Origin: Rhizophagus irregularis
Lineage: Eukaryota
NCBI RefSeq assembly: GCF_026210795.1
Contig: NC_089434.1
Coordinates: 682,001-746,000 of the forward strand
Direction: 5' to 3'
DNA: 64,000 nucleotides
Within the stretch, counting starts at the first letter, position 1, and each line of letters opens with the position of its first letter. Below are positions 11,387-23,134 of this stretch, in pieces. The notes beneath the pieces are model-generated. The model was given only the letters and a program-made list of their open reading frames with translations, made no database searches and was not told the origin of the DNA. Position numbers and translations under genes: made by a program.

Positions 11387-14214
11387 TCTTGCTTCTAATG
11401 ATAATGATATACTACATATTTTAAAAGTTATTAATAAGGATGAGAATGATAGAACTTCTCTTATAGATCATCCTGTACTTATTGGATCTCGTGCAGCTAA
11501 ATGGCATATTCCACTTTTTCGTGATCCTAATGATTGGGATTTAATAGCAACGATTTCACAATCAATTTCATTTATTAATATAGTAATTAAATCTAATGCA
11601 ATTTTTAAATATATAAAATTGATTTATTATCCGGGAAGTGGATTAAAAATTGTTGGAAAGTGTATTGAATCATTTTCATTTACAGGCAGAAATCATGGAA
11701 ATCCTATCTTATTTAATATTGAACTTGTCTCTGATAAAGTTGATTTCAGAAAAATGAACCCAAATAAAAAAATAGATGATTTATATGATACTGATGATGA
11801 TGATGATGATGGTAATAATGATGAGGATATTTCAATTTTTGAAAGTTTTGAAGATACTAAACCGAAAACAAGTTCATTGATGATTTTAGAATTATGTCAT
11901 GATATTAAAGATAAAATAATGTTTCCATTGATATCAAGCTTTTTATTTATAGTTGCTCCATTAAAGATACTTGAAGCTTTAAAATCATCTCATATTAATT
12001 ATCCATCTAATTTTCAAAATAATATTACAGATTTACACACATTAAGAGTTTCATTAGGTTATAATATAACTCAATCATTTTGCAGTCCACAACGTGATGA
12101 ACCAATTGAGTTTATGTTAAAGACTCGTATTATGGAAACTGAAATGGCAGAAGTTGATTTATTTATGACTAGTAATAATGAGGAATTTTTTGATCATAAT
12201 AATAAGCTCTCTGTACAAAGGCGTATTCCACATAATGATATACATGAACTTGTTAAATATGGTGAACATCCTATTTATGAGAGTTTAAAGATTGATAAGG
12301 TATAAAAAATTTTTTATTATTAATGATTAATATAATTATAAATTATGATACTAATTTTTTAAATTAATATATAGTCTAAAACATTGATAGAAAAATCTCT
12401 TTTTGAAAAGATTGATTATCAAACAAAACTTAATTGTGTGAAAGAGGAAGCAATGACTATTGCACTTGAAAGATATCTTATTCCAATGGTTTCCAAAAAT
12501 ACAGAAACTTCTTATAACCTAGCACTTGCTAGAATTTGTACTACATTATCTAAAGGTTGGTTTTGTCAATTTGCGATTGATAACTATCCTAAACTTTTAA
12601 ATCTTGATAAAGATTTGTTATCAATTGCATATGATATAATTGATAAATATCCTTTAGTAGAACAAAAAAAACAACTTTCATCAATGTTTGATCCAGAAAC
12701 TCAAATTATTTTTGAAACTATTAAACCTTATACTAAAGAAATTTTATCATTTGATGAAATACACTTTTATGATGGTCGAGTTAATAGAACTGGAATTGAG
12801 ATTACTTCCCCAGTAGATAGATTTGTGTCAATTACAGCTATTGTTACAACTCTGTATATGACTAGTGAAAAACGTAATAATTATTGGTCAGCATCTGTCG
12901 TAATTTTACCTAGTGACGAACTAGAGGCTGTAAGGTAATATTCTAAATTCAATATTTACATACCTTTATTTTTGCTGTTTACGATATATTTATTTATTAA
13001 TTTTTAAAATTTTTAGTAATATAGATTATGAAAGTGATAATGAAAGGTATAATATTTATTACTAAAAAAAAAAAATTTTTTTTTATAAACTATTATTAAT
13101 CTTAAATTTTATTTTTAGTGGTGCATTTGATGATCCATTAAATATTCACCCTTATTATAATTTGGATGGAAAGAAACATATTAAAATAACTTCTAAGAAT
13201 GTATTTACATTTAATTCATATAAAGATCGTATGATTATTAGGGCTAAATCAGCTGATTATGTTGCTAATAAGCTTAAAATTCCTGATGTTAATGGTGATT
13301 TATTATTTAAATATGTATTATGTTATTTAAATCCATCTTTCGAATCTTTCAATAAAATTCCACCACTTGGACATCATATGGATAAATTGATAGCTGAAGA
13401 AAATATTTCAAATATAGCTGCAACACAACATCCTTGGTATTCTGCTTGGATTTATGCCTTAAAAAATAAGCAATTAAAAGCATTTCATAGAAAATAGTAA
13501 TAATTATTTGTTTGAGTAATTGTGAAGTTTAAGTTTATATAAATAAATTAGTATATTTTATTTTATTTTGTTTTAAATAAATATACATTATATTGATGTG
13601 TTAAGACAAATTTTTATTGTTGCCAAGACTATCTAAAGTTAATTATCTTCTTATATAAATACAAATTCAACAAAAATTGAAATAATGAGACCAAAATTCT
13701 ATAATTTTTACACTTTTATTTGTAAACTATACAATGTCGAATTCTGATGATTTTTATCTTCTAACTTGTTGTTTTATATTATTCTATAAACCTCACTAAT
13801 AATTGCTAAATTATTTGATTTTTAGATGTTCTTTCTAAACATTTTACGAATAAATATACCTTAATAAAAATTTAGAGAAAATTATTAAACAATGGAATTA
13901 TAGATAGAAAATAAATTTAATTATGATCCTCTGATCGGCACGTTATTTATTTATCCATTTCTAGGAAATTTTGCAATAAAAATTAACTATTGATTAAACT
14001 ATAATAGACGGATTTGAAAATTTGAGTAATTCAGAAAGATTTGCAATTTTCCAAATAAGAAAAACTTTCTTTTTAATTTATTCGTAATCTCAATATTATT
14101 TTTCATGTATAATAGTAATAGTTTTCCGAAGCTTTTTAAAATTTAATCATTTTTTTAAAAATCTTTTAAAATGAAAAAAAAAACCAATACTATATTATAC
14201 TCATGATGTACTAG

Positions 14215-14756
14215 CAGGACCCCGAGCAATATATGTATAGGTAACAATATCGTTTGCTTAGTCACATGCTATTTTAGCCACAGTTAGAGGTTAGATTTGC
14301 GTAAAATTAATGATATTTTTTGCAAATGTCATATTTTTCATTTGCTTATTTTCACAGAATTTTTGAAAAGTCATATATTACAATTGCTTATTTTTTGAGT
14401 AAATTTGGTATTATTTAATAATGCATTATATAACATTTAACTATATAAGCGATGGTATTATACTAATATGCAAAAGTTAATAGGAGATGAAAAAAATTTT
14501 AAGATGGATATTTTAGCTAAGATGATATTACTATTGAAAAAAGTGAAATTGTAAATCATAAATGCGAGAAAATTTGATCAAATAATTTTTGTAAAATATA
14601 ATATTATAAAGTCATATGGTTAGATTGCTTATTTTTGGGCAATTTGTAAAGTCACATGTTGAGTTTGCTTATTTATCTTAATAAAAACCTTGCGTAGAGC
14701 TATTATAAAAATTTTGACCTTTCTTGTTACCTATATATATATTGCTCGGGGTCCTG
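14215..14756. mobile_element. MITE with ~33-bp TIRs and 6-bp TSD
   Basis: caggaccccgagcaatatatgtataggtaacaa / ttgttacctatatatatattgctcggggtcctg. TACTAG on both sides (14209-14214, 14757-14762). Confidence 0.88.
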
Positions 14757-15349
14757 TACTAGCTATAAAACACATATTATTGTATAAATGGCAGAGGATA
14801 AATAGAATAGGACCCAGAAATATGGTTTGAGTCTGAATTAAAAAAATCATGAAAATCTTTCTTTTTTTATATAATTTTTGGTAATGCCAGTCAGAATTTT
14901 ATTTATTTCCTATTATAGGGCCCCGTTAAAGTGGATTTACCCCAGCATCGCCCCAAGATTTCTAAGTAAAATTCCACCCCCACGTGACTGGTGATGTTTA
15001 AGGGGGAGTGAAAAATATTTTTTTCACCACTAAAAATTTTCTAAGTCCCCAGAATACTTATGAAAAAATGAAAATGGTGAGGTGTGACGCGGGGTGACAT
15101 TTTATGCAGGTCACGTGGGGGTGAAAAATCTTGGGGCGACGCTGGGGAAGATTGCTTTAACGGTCCCCCTAAAAAAAAAAACTCTTTCCCCTTTTTCTTC
15201 ATTTCGTTAGTTTTCCGCAGCAATTTTGCGCAAGTTCTTTTTTTTTTAGTTTCTATTTGAAACAACTAAAGGGAAGAGGCCCTAAAGGGCGCCTCGGGCA
15301 TAAGGCGAGGTTTTATTGTTCTCATTATACCCATATTTAAGGGTTGGTT

Positions 15350-17395
15350 ATGTTTTATTTCCCAAGAGCCAACGATTTTGCTCTTGCACCCGGATACGAC
15401 TATACACCTGCTGGTCCTGATGACTTCATTTTCAACCATGATACTTCACAAACAGTACCTCCTACTGAAGATATTTTATTGGATACACCTTCATTTCATA
15501 ACGACTTTGATGATATTAGGCCTTTCTCATCGCTGAACAAAAATTATATTTTTTCTACAAAATACGAAAAGTTCCACGTGACTCCACACCATAGAGCCGG
15601 TTATAACAAGATTTACAATTTTAGGCGCTCAAAAAGTTTCTTTTTTGAGCTGGTTGATCACTTACCAGATACCAATCAACTTCAATTGAAGATTTACACA
15701 AATGATTATCATATGTCCTCTAACCCGATTAATCACGATTCCACGAGCCGACTCCCTAATTTCAAATTTCAAATATCGAAACAGCTCACGCACTTTTTTT
15801 CAACACAAAAAGTTATTCCTCGAAGATTGCAAGAAAAATTTTTTACACATATTCGTAAAAAACTATTGGAGCGTTTGGATTTTATAAGATCACGTGCCCA
15901 AAAAAAAGACAAAAATAATCATATGACTAAAACTTTTTTTAATTTTTCGTATAAAAAATATAGATTTTACTTTGGAATTTACCTTCCATGTAATCATACT
16001 CACACAGTAGGTTTACTTCCCAATACTACTGCGACTTGCTCCATTCCGGTCCCTTTTACAATGTCACATCATCGTCATGCCTGCATCATCCACCATAAGA
16101 ATCTTGTTCTATACTGTATCTCGAAGGATAACAAAATTCCTGACTCTAGTCTTTGCAAAACATTCAAAGATTTTCACGCATCTCATCTCTACAACAGATG
16201 GACTAAAAAGAAAATATATCAGAATTTTTCAAACCGATTGGGAATCTCTTTCACCACATCATACCATGCATATAGCACTAACGTCATCGCTACAAAAGGA
16301 CTTGATTTTATTTATGGCAAAAAATATGGGAATCTTCAATTTACTCCCAGTTCGTCTCCAAAGGTCAAGAAAAGACAAGAAGCACGTTTTAATGCTTTGG
16401 TTAGGCATACCTTTCATAACACCAAGCTGGATGATAATGCGTTAACGGATGATAAACTCCAGGCTGCACGACGTCACAAATTATTATTTCAAGAAAATCA
16501 ACGATTCACCACTCCTATCAAACACCTTCGATACAAGAAAAAATTCGTCGAACCATCAAAAGGTTGTTACACCTTTCCGATCCCATTTCCTGAATCTACG
16601 ACTGTATCTGTGCCTGTTACAGTGGAGACAATTTGTAACGTTAGCTCTGTCGCATCTACATCACATGGTAATCCTATATCCCCAGCTAATATTAACAATT
16701 GGGAGAATGTACCTGAACATTATATTCCGTTAATTCCTCAATCTGCAATTTACGAAGGTGGTCGATTGAATCAACCTTCTCGTATGAAAGTCTGGAAAAA
16801 GAAATTACAACCACTTGCAGTTGGCAGTGATGGCTGGCTAGCTCACATGAAAGAAATCTACGATCATCACGAATCAATGACAGAATATCAACAAGGAAAA
16901 ATTGATGCTGGAATACAATGGGAAACTACTCCTGATCAAGGCGAATATCGGAGAGATCTTTGCGATCTTATAATGCAAGTCACTAACAACAAACATGACT
17001 ATGAAATGAAATTATGAGAAATCTCATCGTCAGTACCACCTGAAGTACCAATTATAACTGGACCTATTAAAAACAGCGAACGAAAAAAACGCGAAAAGCG
17101 TCACTCGCAACAATTAAAAGAATATGAACAGAAAAAACAGGAAGATACTGAAATCTTAGAAGACTTACGTTCTAGGGTTATCAATGAGGATGATATTTTT
17201 TACATCGAATATTATAGGAATGAATGTAGTTTGGCTTATCAGCCTTGTGCTATCATGGACGATAGACCGCTTAAATGAAGTGCCAGTGATAATGGCAATT
17301 TAGATACTCATTATGGTTATCATAAAGATAAAAAGGTTTGTATATTATCCGCCTCGAAGAATTTAGAAAACAGTTCATCTACTCGTACTGCTTAA
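15350..17395 (+). pseudogene. ~681-codon basic, His-rich ORF of unknown function with two in-frame TGA codons (17015-17017, 17276-17278)
   Basis: The frame continues past the track ORF end (KL*EISSSVPPEV...DDRPLK*SASDNG...STRTA*). Both stops fit CGA>TGA transitions. No RT, endonuclease or RNase H motifs recognised. Confidence 0.7.
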
Positions 17396-17530
17396 GTACT
17401 CATTAGTCATTTTATATAACTCCTTATACATACATTAGTTTCTTTTTGTACATGCTTATTAGCATTTTTGTTCTTTTTTACGTTAGATTTTTAACAACCT
17501 AAAATAGTGTAAACCATTCCACCTCTTACA

Positions 17531-17842
17531 GTATTTACAGGTGGCAACCCTTGTGGTTGAAAGAAAAATACGGATTAATGCTCGTCAATTAATTGCTATT
17601 TATAATGCTTAGATCGCCACAACTTCTTATTATTTTGTTAGGGTTCTTTATATAGTTCATACTTTTTCTTGGACATTGGTCCCTATTCGGTAGCGGAGGG
17701 GATCAATCTGGTTCGATGGATTCAAAGAAGTTCGGGTCCGCCCTAGGGTGGATGATAGCTAGATGTAGGGTAGCACCGTTAGGTATATGTCCTGTTAATA
17801 GGCTATCCGTCTTCACATAAAATAAATAAATAAAATAAATAA
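17531..17842 (+). ncRNA. Putative conserved structured RNA at the 3' end of the retro-element
   Basis: Shares ordered blocks and compensatory stems with 59402-59710 (see findings). Confidence 0.5.
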
Positions 17843-18488
17843 TTAACGGTCCCCCTATTATAGTAACCGACTGACATTATCATAATTCCGGCCCTGAAAA
17901 AATGCGTACAGCTCATAGTAAAAAATTTTTTTCATCACCTGACCCCTATATATATTTCTGGGTCCTATTGGAATAGCAAAATTTTACTTATTCCTAATTA
18001 GCCAGAATAAAAGTAATACGAACCTTATTTAGTCCTTATTTTATACTACTTGTTTTAAACTATGTTATGAAATTGATAGACTCTACTTATATCATCGTAT
18101 CTTTTATGCGGAGCGCATAATATGAATATTATCTCAAAAAGTCTCCATTACGTATATATTCTAACTAAAAATAATATCATACTGTCAATGCAGAATTTCA
18201 ATTTGTACCTGAATGGACGTTAAAAACAAATAACTTGTTTGGAGGAAGGAGTGGGACAAGAGTGTCAAGAAATGGTATTACATTATTACAAGATTTTTTT
18301 CATGCAGGTAATGCTGACAAAAGTGATCGGTACCCAGCTAGTGATCAGAACTCATTCATATGGCGGAATAGCGAAGTTGAATCCCAAAGATAGAAACAAT
18401 TGAAAAATGGATTAGCAGATACTATTCCGTAGCTTGTAAACGTGAAACGACTGAAACGTGAAATGGCACTATGGCAGCTACTAATTTT

Positions 18489-18490
<2 letters not shown>

Positions 18491-18519
<29 letters not shown>
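18491..18519. repeat. (AT)n microsatellite
   Basis: About 14 perfect AT units. Confidence 0.9.
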
Positions 18520-21044
18520 CGTTAAGAGCAAAATCAGCCTTTAACACTTTTTTAGCGTCAAGAGCAAAATCACTTATGTTAAATAGCACGCACATGTATT
18601 TTAAATAAAAACAATATTTCAAAAATTCAACTTTATATATAGAAAATGGATATAAATCCTATAAATTGTAAATAAAGTACTAGAATAAATTAAATTTTAG
18701 TTTATTCAGAGCGAAATTATTAAAATTTCATGTATAGTGAATTTTATATATATAGTGTCACCGTTGGTAATCCACAGGTAACCCCAAATAAAACATAAAA
18801 GCGAACATAAAGATTTTTTTTTTTTGCCTAAAAATGTATACATGTTTCACGAAAAATTTTTTTATGATTTTTTAACACAATTAGATTACTCTATAAAATT
18901 TTTATTAAAATATTTTTGTTATATAACTATATACTAATTATATAACTGAACGGTCATTATGTAACTATAAGTAGTAAAAATCTACCGAAGATTAAATATA
19001 AAAATACTTACACATGGTTACCGAATTAACGAATTAAAAAAAAAATAAATAAAAATAAAAATTAATATGAAATTCATATAAATTCATTAAATTATAATAT
19101 TTATGTCGTGAAATTGTAATTTAAAACATATAAACATTGTGGTCGTGACATTTGATGATCTTTATCAAAGAATTATGAAATTTATTTATTATTATTGAAA
19201 ATATCATATTTAATAATATACACAATGTATACTAAATAAAAACTGAAATGTATTGTAAATGTTCAAATAAAAAATATGTTCAAACAATCCGTTGAACATA
19301 ATATAATTAAAAAATTTTGTTGACGCAGCATCGATTTTTTTGGATGATAAATTAAATTTCGGCCAGAATTAAAATAGAAAATTTTGGTCAGAATTAAGTT
19401 TACACTCTAAACCCGGAAAATAAAATATCCTGCGTTGCAACTTGCAAAGCCTCTAACGTTAAGCGATACATCTATTTAATTAAAATTTATTACTTTTTAA
19501 ATTTGCGCTATGCAGATCACCGATTAACGTTACATCACATGATTGACAAATACTCTGTACATCTTGTACGTGGGAAATAATTGGTCATTAAATTAAAGTT
19601 TAACCAACGAATATTTTTATTTTTATTTTTGTTTATATGTTCAATATGTTCAACATAACATAACAATATAATTTTACTCGTCGTTAGAATTTCTGCGTAT
19701 CGTCGGTAAGGAGATAAGCCTCCAATGACGGATATATCCGGTCAGCCTTTATACTGTGTTTTGATGTTTGATGTTTGTCAGTACACGTTGTGCATGATCA
19801 ACTTGTGTGGACAGCATGGCGGAAGAAAAATAAAAGAAAACATCATGTATAAAAATTATACATGTGACGTATGTTTTGTCTATCTATATTCCACGTTTAA
19901 TTTCACCTTTAAATAGTAGAACCGAAATTTCAAATTTATTATTTGAAATTATTTGAAATTTAAAAAAAAAAAAAACGTTTTTTACGGTTTCCTAAAAAAT
20001 TAAAAATTTTTATTATACATACGAATAGACAACTATAAGATTTACCTGCTGATGAAAAAAAAAGATTTCCGGATAAACATATTACAATGAAACTTCTTTT
20101 TATTCATGTAAATTAGGATTTTCATATTAATTATTAGATGGATGAAATCCGAAAATCCCGAAAACACTAATCAACTATTATCGATATGTACGGCGTGCAT
20201 ATGTTAATATTATATAATAAAAACTAATTATCTTTTTAATAATTTAAATAATTATAAAAAAACTTCTTTTAGTAAAAAAAAAAAAAAAAGAAATGAATGT
20301 TAGTAGTCAATAGAAAGAATAATTAATGGATATTATTATTTTCAGGGAAAATCATCGAAAAAAATAGATTTTAATTAAGTAAATTAGCCGATTTAGTAAA
20401 AATGAACCATAAAGAGTATGGTACGAAAATATAGTTTGTACCAATACAATGATTTGTTTTACCCCTTGATCGACAAAATTGAGTGGATTGGTTCGGCTTA
20501 ATATCCTTCATAGTTCATAGGAGGGATAAACAAACAAACAAAATACAATCTAAAAACTTTTTAAAAGACAATGATAAATAATTTATTATAATTATAACTG
20601 ATAATATAAGAAATAATTTAATTCGTTTTTATTAAATATTTTTCTTTTATTATTTAAAGTAATTTATTTATTGGTTCATAACAAAATAACAATAATAATA
20701 ATAATAATATATATACCGTTTATATATATATAAATACGTTATCGTTATCTGTTATGATTATTCTATACTTCAAAATTTATCATTTATTTTTTTTTTCCCT
20801 TTTTCCTAATTTCCGTACTTTATTATTTATAAAAATAAATAACGAAAAAACTAATTTTATTAGTAACACGTGATACATTTATCGTAGTTTATTCGCAATT
20901 TCTGAGAAATTTGAGTTTTGTTACACGACATTTCGGGATAACTCCGTTCCGTATCAAAAACGTTTTAAATAGATCGAAACCTTTTTTTCTTTTTTCTTTT
21001 TTTATTTTTTTAATAATAAAAAAAAATAAAAAAATTTATATAAT

Positions 21045-23134
21045 ATGCCTCTTGTTAGAAAAGAATTTGTTAACGCAGCAATTAATAAAGCAATATCATT
21101 AATAGATTATAATATTCAAAATGATTTAATTAAACAATTTAAATTTATACGAAGAACGGTCCTAGCTGATATATACCTTTCAAGGGATGAAAAAACTGAA
21201 GCGATAAGAATAATGAATATATTATATAATCGAAATAAAATGATGAATAATGATGGAAATAGAAGAATTTGTGAATTTTGTAAATATGAATGTTTAGCAA
21301 TATTATATTGTGAACATTGTCTACGAAATTATTTAAAATCAAGATTTTCAAATTGGACATCAGGAAATGATAATATAGATAATTTAATAAAAAAATGTCA
21401 ACTAGAATCACTTGAACCTGAAAAAATAATTGAATGGATTCCATTTAATAATTTACAAAATATTAAATATTTACCAAAAAATGGGTATCCAGAAATTTAT
21501 ACAGCCGTTTGGATCGGTGGAAGTTATAATGAATGGAGTTCTAAATCACATAGATTAAAAAGATTTGGGAAACAAGATGTAATACTTAAAGGGTTGAAAA
21601 ATGATGATATTGAAAGTGAAGGCTGGTTTGAAGAGGTTTGTAAATATTTTAATTGGACGTTTGCCGATCACACGAAATTGTGACGTAATAATATCGAAAC
21701 GACGACGACACGACGACAGGTGAAATTAACAATAATTTTTTTTTTTATAGATTAAATCACATTTAACTAATAATCAAAGTCCTGATATTATCCCATGTTA
21801 TGGTTTAACTCAAAATCCATTAAATGGAAGTTACATGCTTGTAATGAATATAATGGATGCAAGTTTAAGAGAATATTTACAAAAAAATAATAGTCAACTC
21901 ATGTGGAAAGAAAGAATTCAAATTGCTTCTGATATAGTCGTTGCACTTAAATCTATACATGATGAGAATAAAGTTCATAGAAATTTACATTCTGGAAATA
22001 TATTTTTTAAACAAGCAAATCAAAGATTTGGTATAGGAGATCTTGGATTTTGTGGGCCCGTTATAGATCAACCATTAAAAAGTATATATGGAAATCTTCC
22101 TTATATAGCACCTGAGGTCATTGCTGGAAAAGAATATACTTTTGCATCTGAGATTTATAGTGTTGCAATACTTTTGTGGGAAATTGCATCTGGACAAATA
22201 CCATTTATAGATCTTGAACATGATCACCAACTTGCAACACTTATAGTTAAGGGTATAAGACCACGTATGGTACCAGCAATCCCTTTAGAATATAAAAATT
22301 TGATGAAACAATGTTGGGATTCTGATCCATCAAAACGGCCTGATATTAACAAACTTGCGGATAGAATAAGGGATATTAATAAATTATATCAAAATACATC
22401 AAATAGATCGGAAATTGGTGAAAATTTAGAAACAAATAAAACAAATGGCTTTGAAACAGATTATGCGAGCAAACTTTATCAATTTGAAAAGTTTCCCCAA
22501 CCAAGAAATGCAACGGATGGTAATTTTACATATTATTATTTAATACCAACAATTAAGTATATTTACTAATAATAATATTTTTTTTTTTTATAAATAATAA
22601 AATAGCGGAACAAAAAGGTATAAATAAAATTAATTTTAAAAAAATCCGCGTTATTTTTATAAAACATATTTATAATACCTTTAAATTTTTCATAGCATTC
22701 GACAATAGATCGGCTCAGAAGAATTTACCCAACAAGAAAAAAGGAGGTATCTTTAAAGGTAAATTTTCATATTTTAATACATTATAAATAATTAATAAAT
22801 ACGCATCAAGTTTACATCTTAAAAATTTTTTTCTAGTTACCAAAATATTTAAAAGACGACCATCCCAAAATGATATTAATGAAAAAGAAACAACGAAACA
22901 TCAAATGTATTATATTAATGGTATGTTAATATAATTTATTTTTTTATTTTATATATCAATAATTTTAAATTTTTTTTCCTTCTCATACTTCTCATAATTT
23001 ACTGTTATATAGATAAATATAAAATAGACAATAATCCAAAGCTACATTTGAAGATTCAAGAGGAATCGACCATTCTTGATGTTAAAGAATTTCTTTATAA
23101 TGGTACCCTGAATGTTGTTGACCTTAAAACTTAA
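21045..23134 (+). CDS. TKL-type protein kinase with N-terminal CxxC..CxxC domain; probable pseudokinase
   Basis: Exons 21045-21635 and 21751-22519, then micro-exons (e.g. 22606-22617). Motifs HRNLHSGN, GDLGF, LPYIAPE. 3' end approximate. Confidence 0.8.

Larger units (their letters stand above)
10395..13497 (+). pseudogene. Tandem paralog 3, interrupted in exon 1 at codon ~9-10 by nested MITEs
   Basis: ATG at 10395 (MTNKSYILA). The frame resumes after 11394 (SNDNDILHILKV...LIGSRAAKWHIPLFRDPNDWDL). Removing 10423-11394 restores a continuous ORF. Confidence 0.8.
15172..17842 (+). mobile_element. Retroposed (non-LTR/TPRT-type) element lacking recognisable RT, carrying one long ORF
   Basis: Perfect 15-bp TSD ttaacggtcccccta (15157-15171, 17843-17857). 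3' tail cttcacataaaataaataaataaaataaataa. Intronless and more GC-rich than the host genes. Confidence 0.85.
14918..17854. mobile_element. ~250-bp MITE (GG termini, 8-bp TSD) whose right end was duplicated by the retro-insertion
   Basis: Imperfect TIRs gggccccgttaaag...ccccagcatcgccccaagattt / aaatcttggggcgacgctgggg...ctttaacggtcccc. TSD ctattata at 14910-14917 and 17855-17862. Confidence 0.8.
14808..17967. mobile_element. Small TIR element (same aggaccc-type termini) hosting two nested insertions
   Basis: TIRs taggacccagaaatat / atatttctgggtccta. Its right end (17876-17967) recurs at 49036-49120. TSD is degenerate. Confidence 0.65.
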
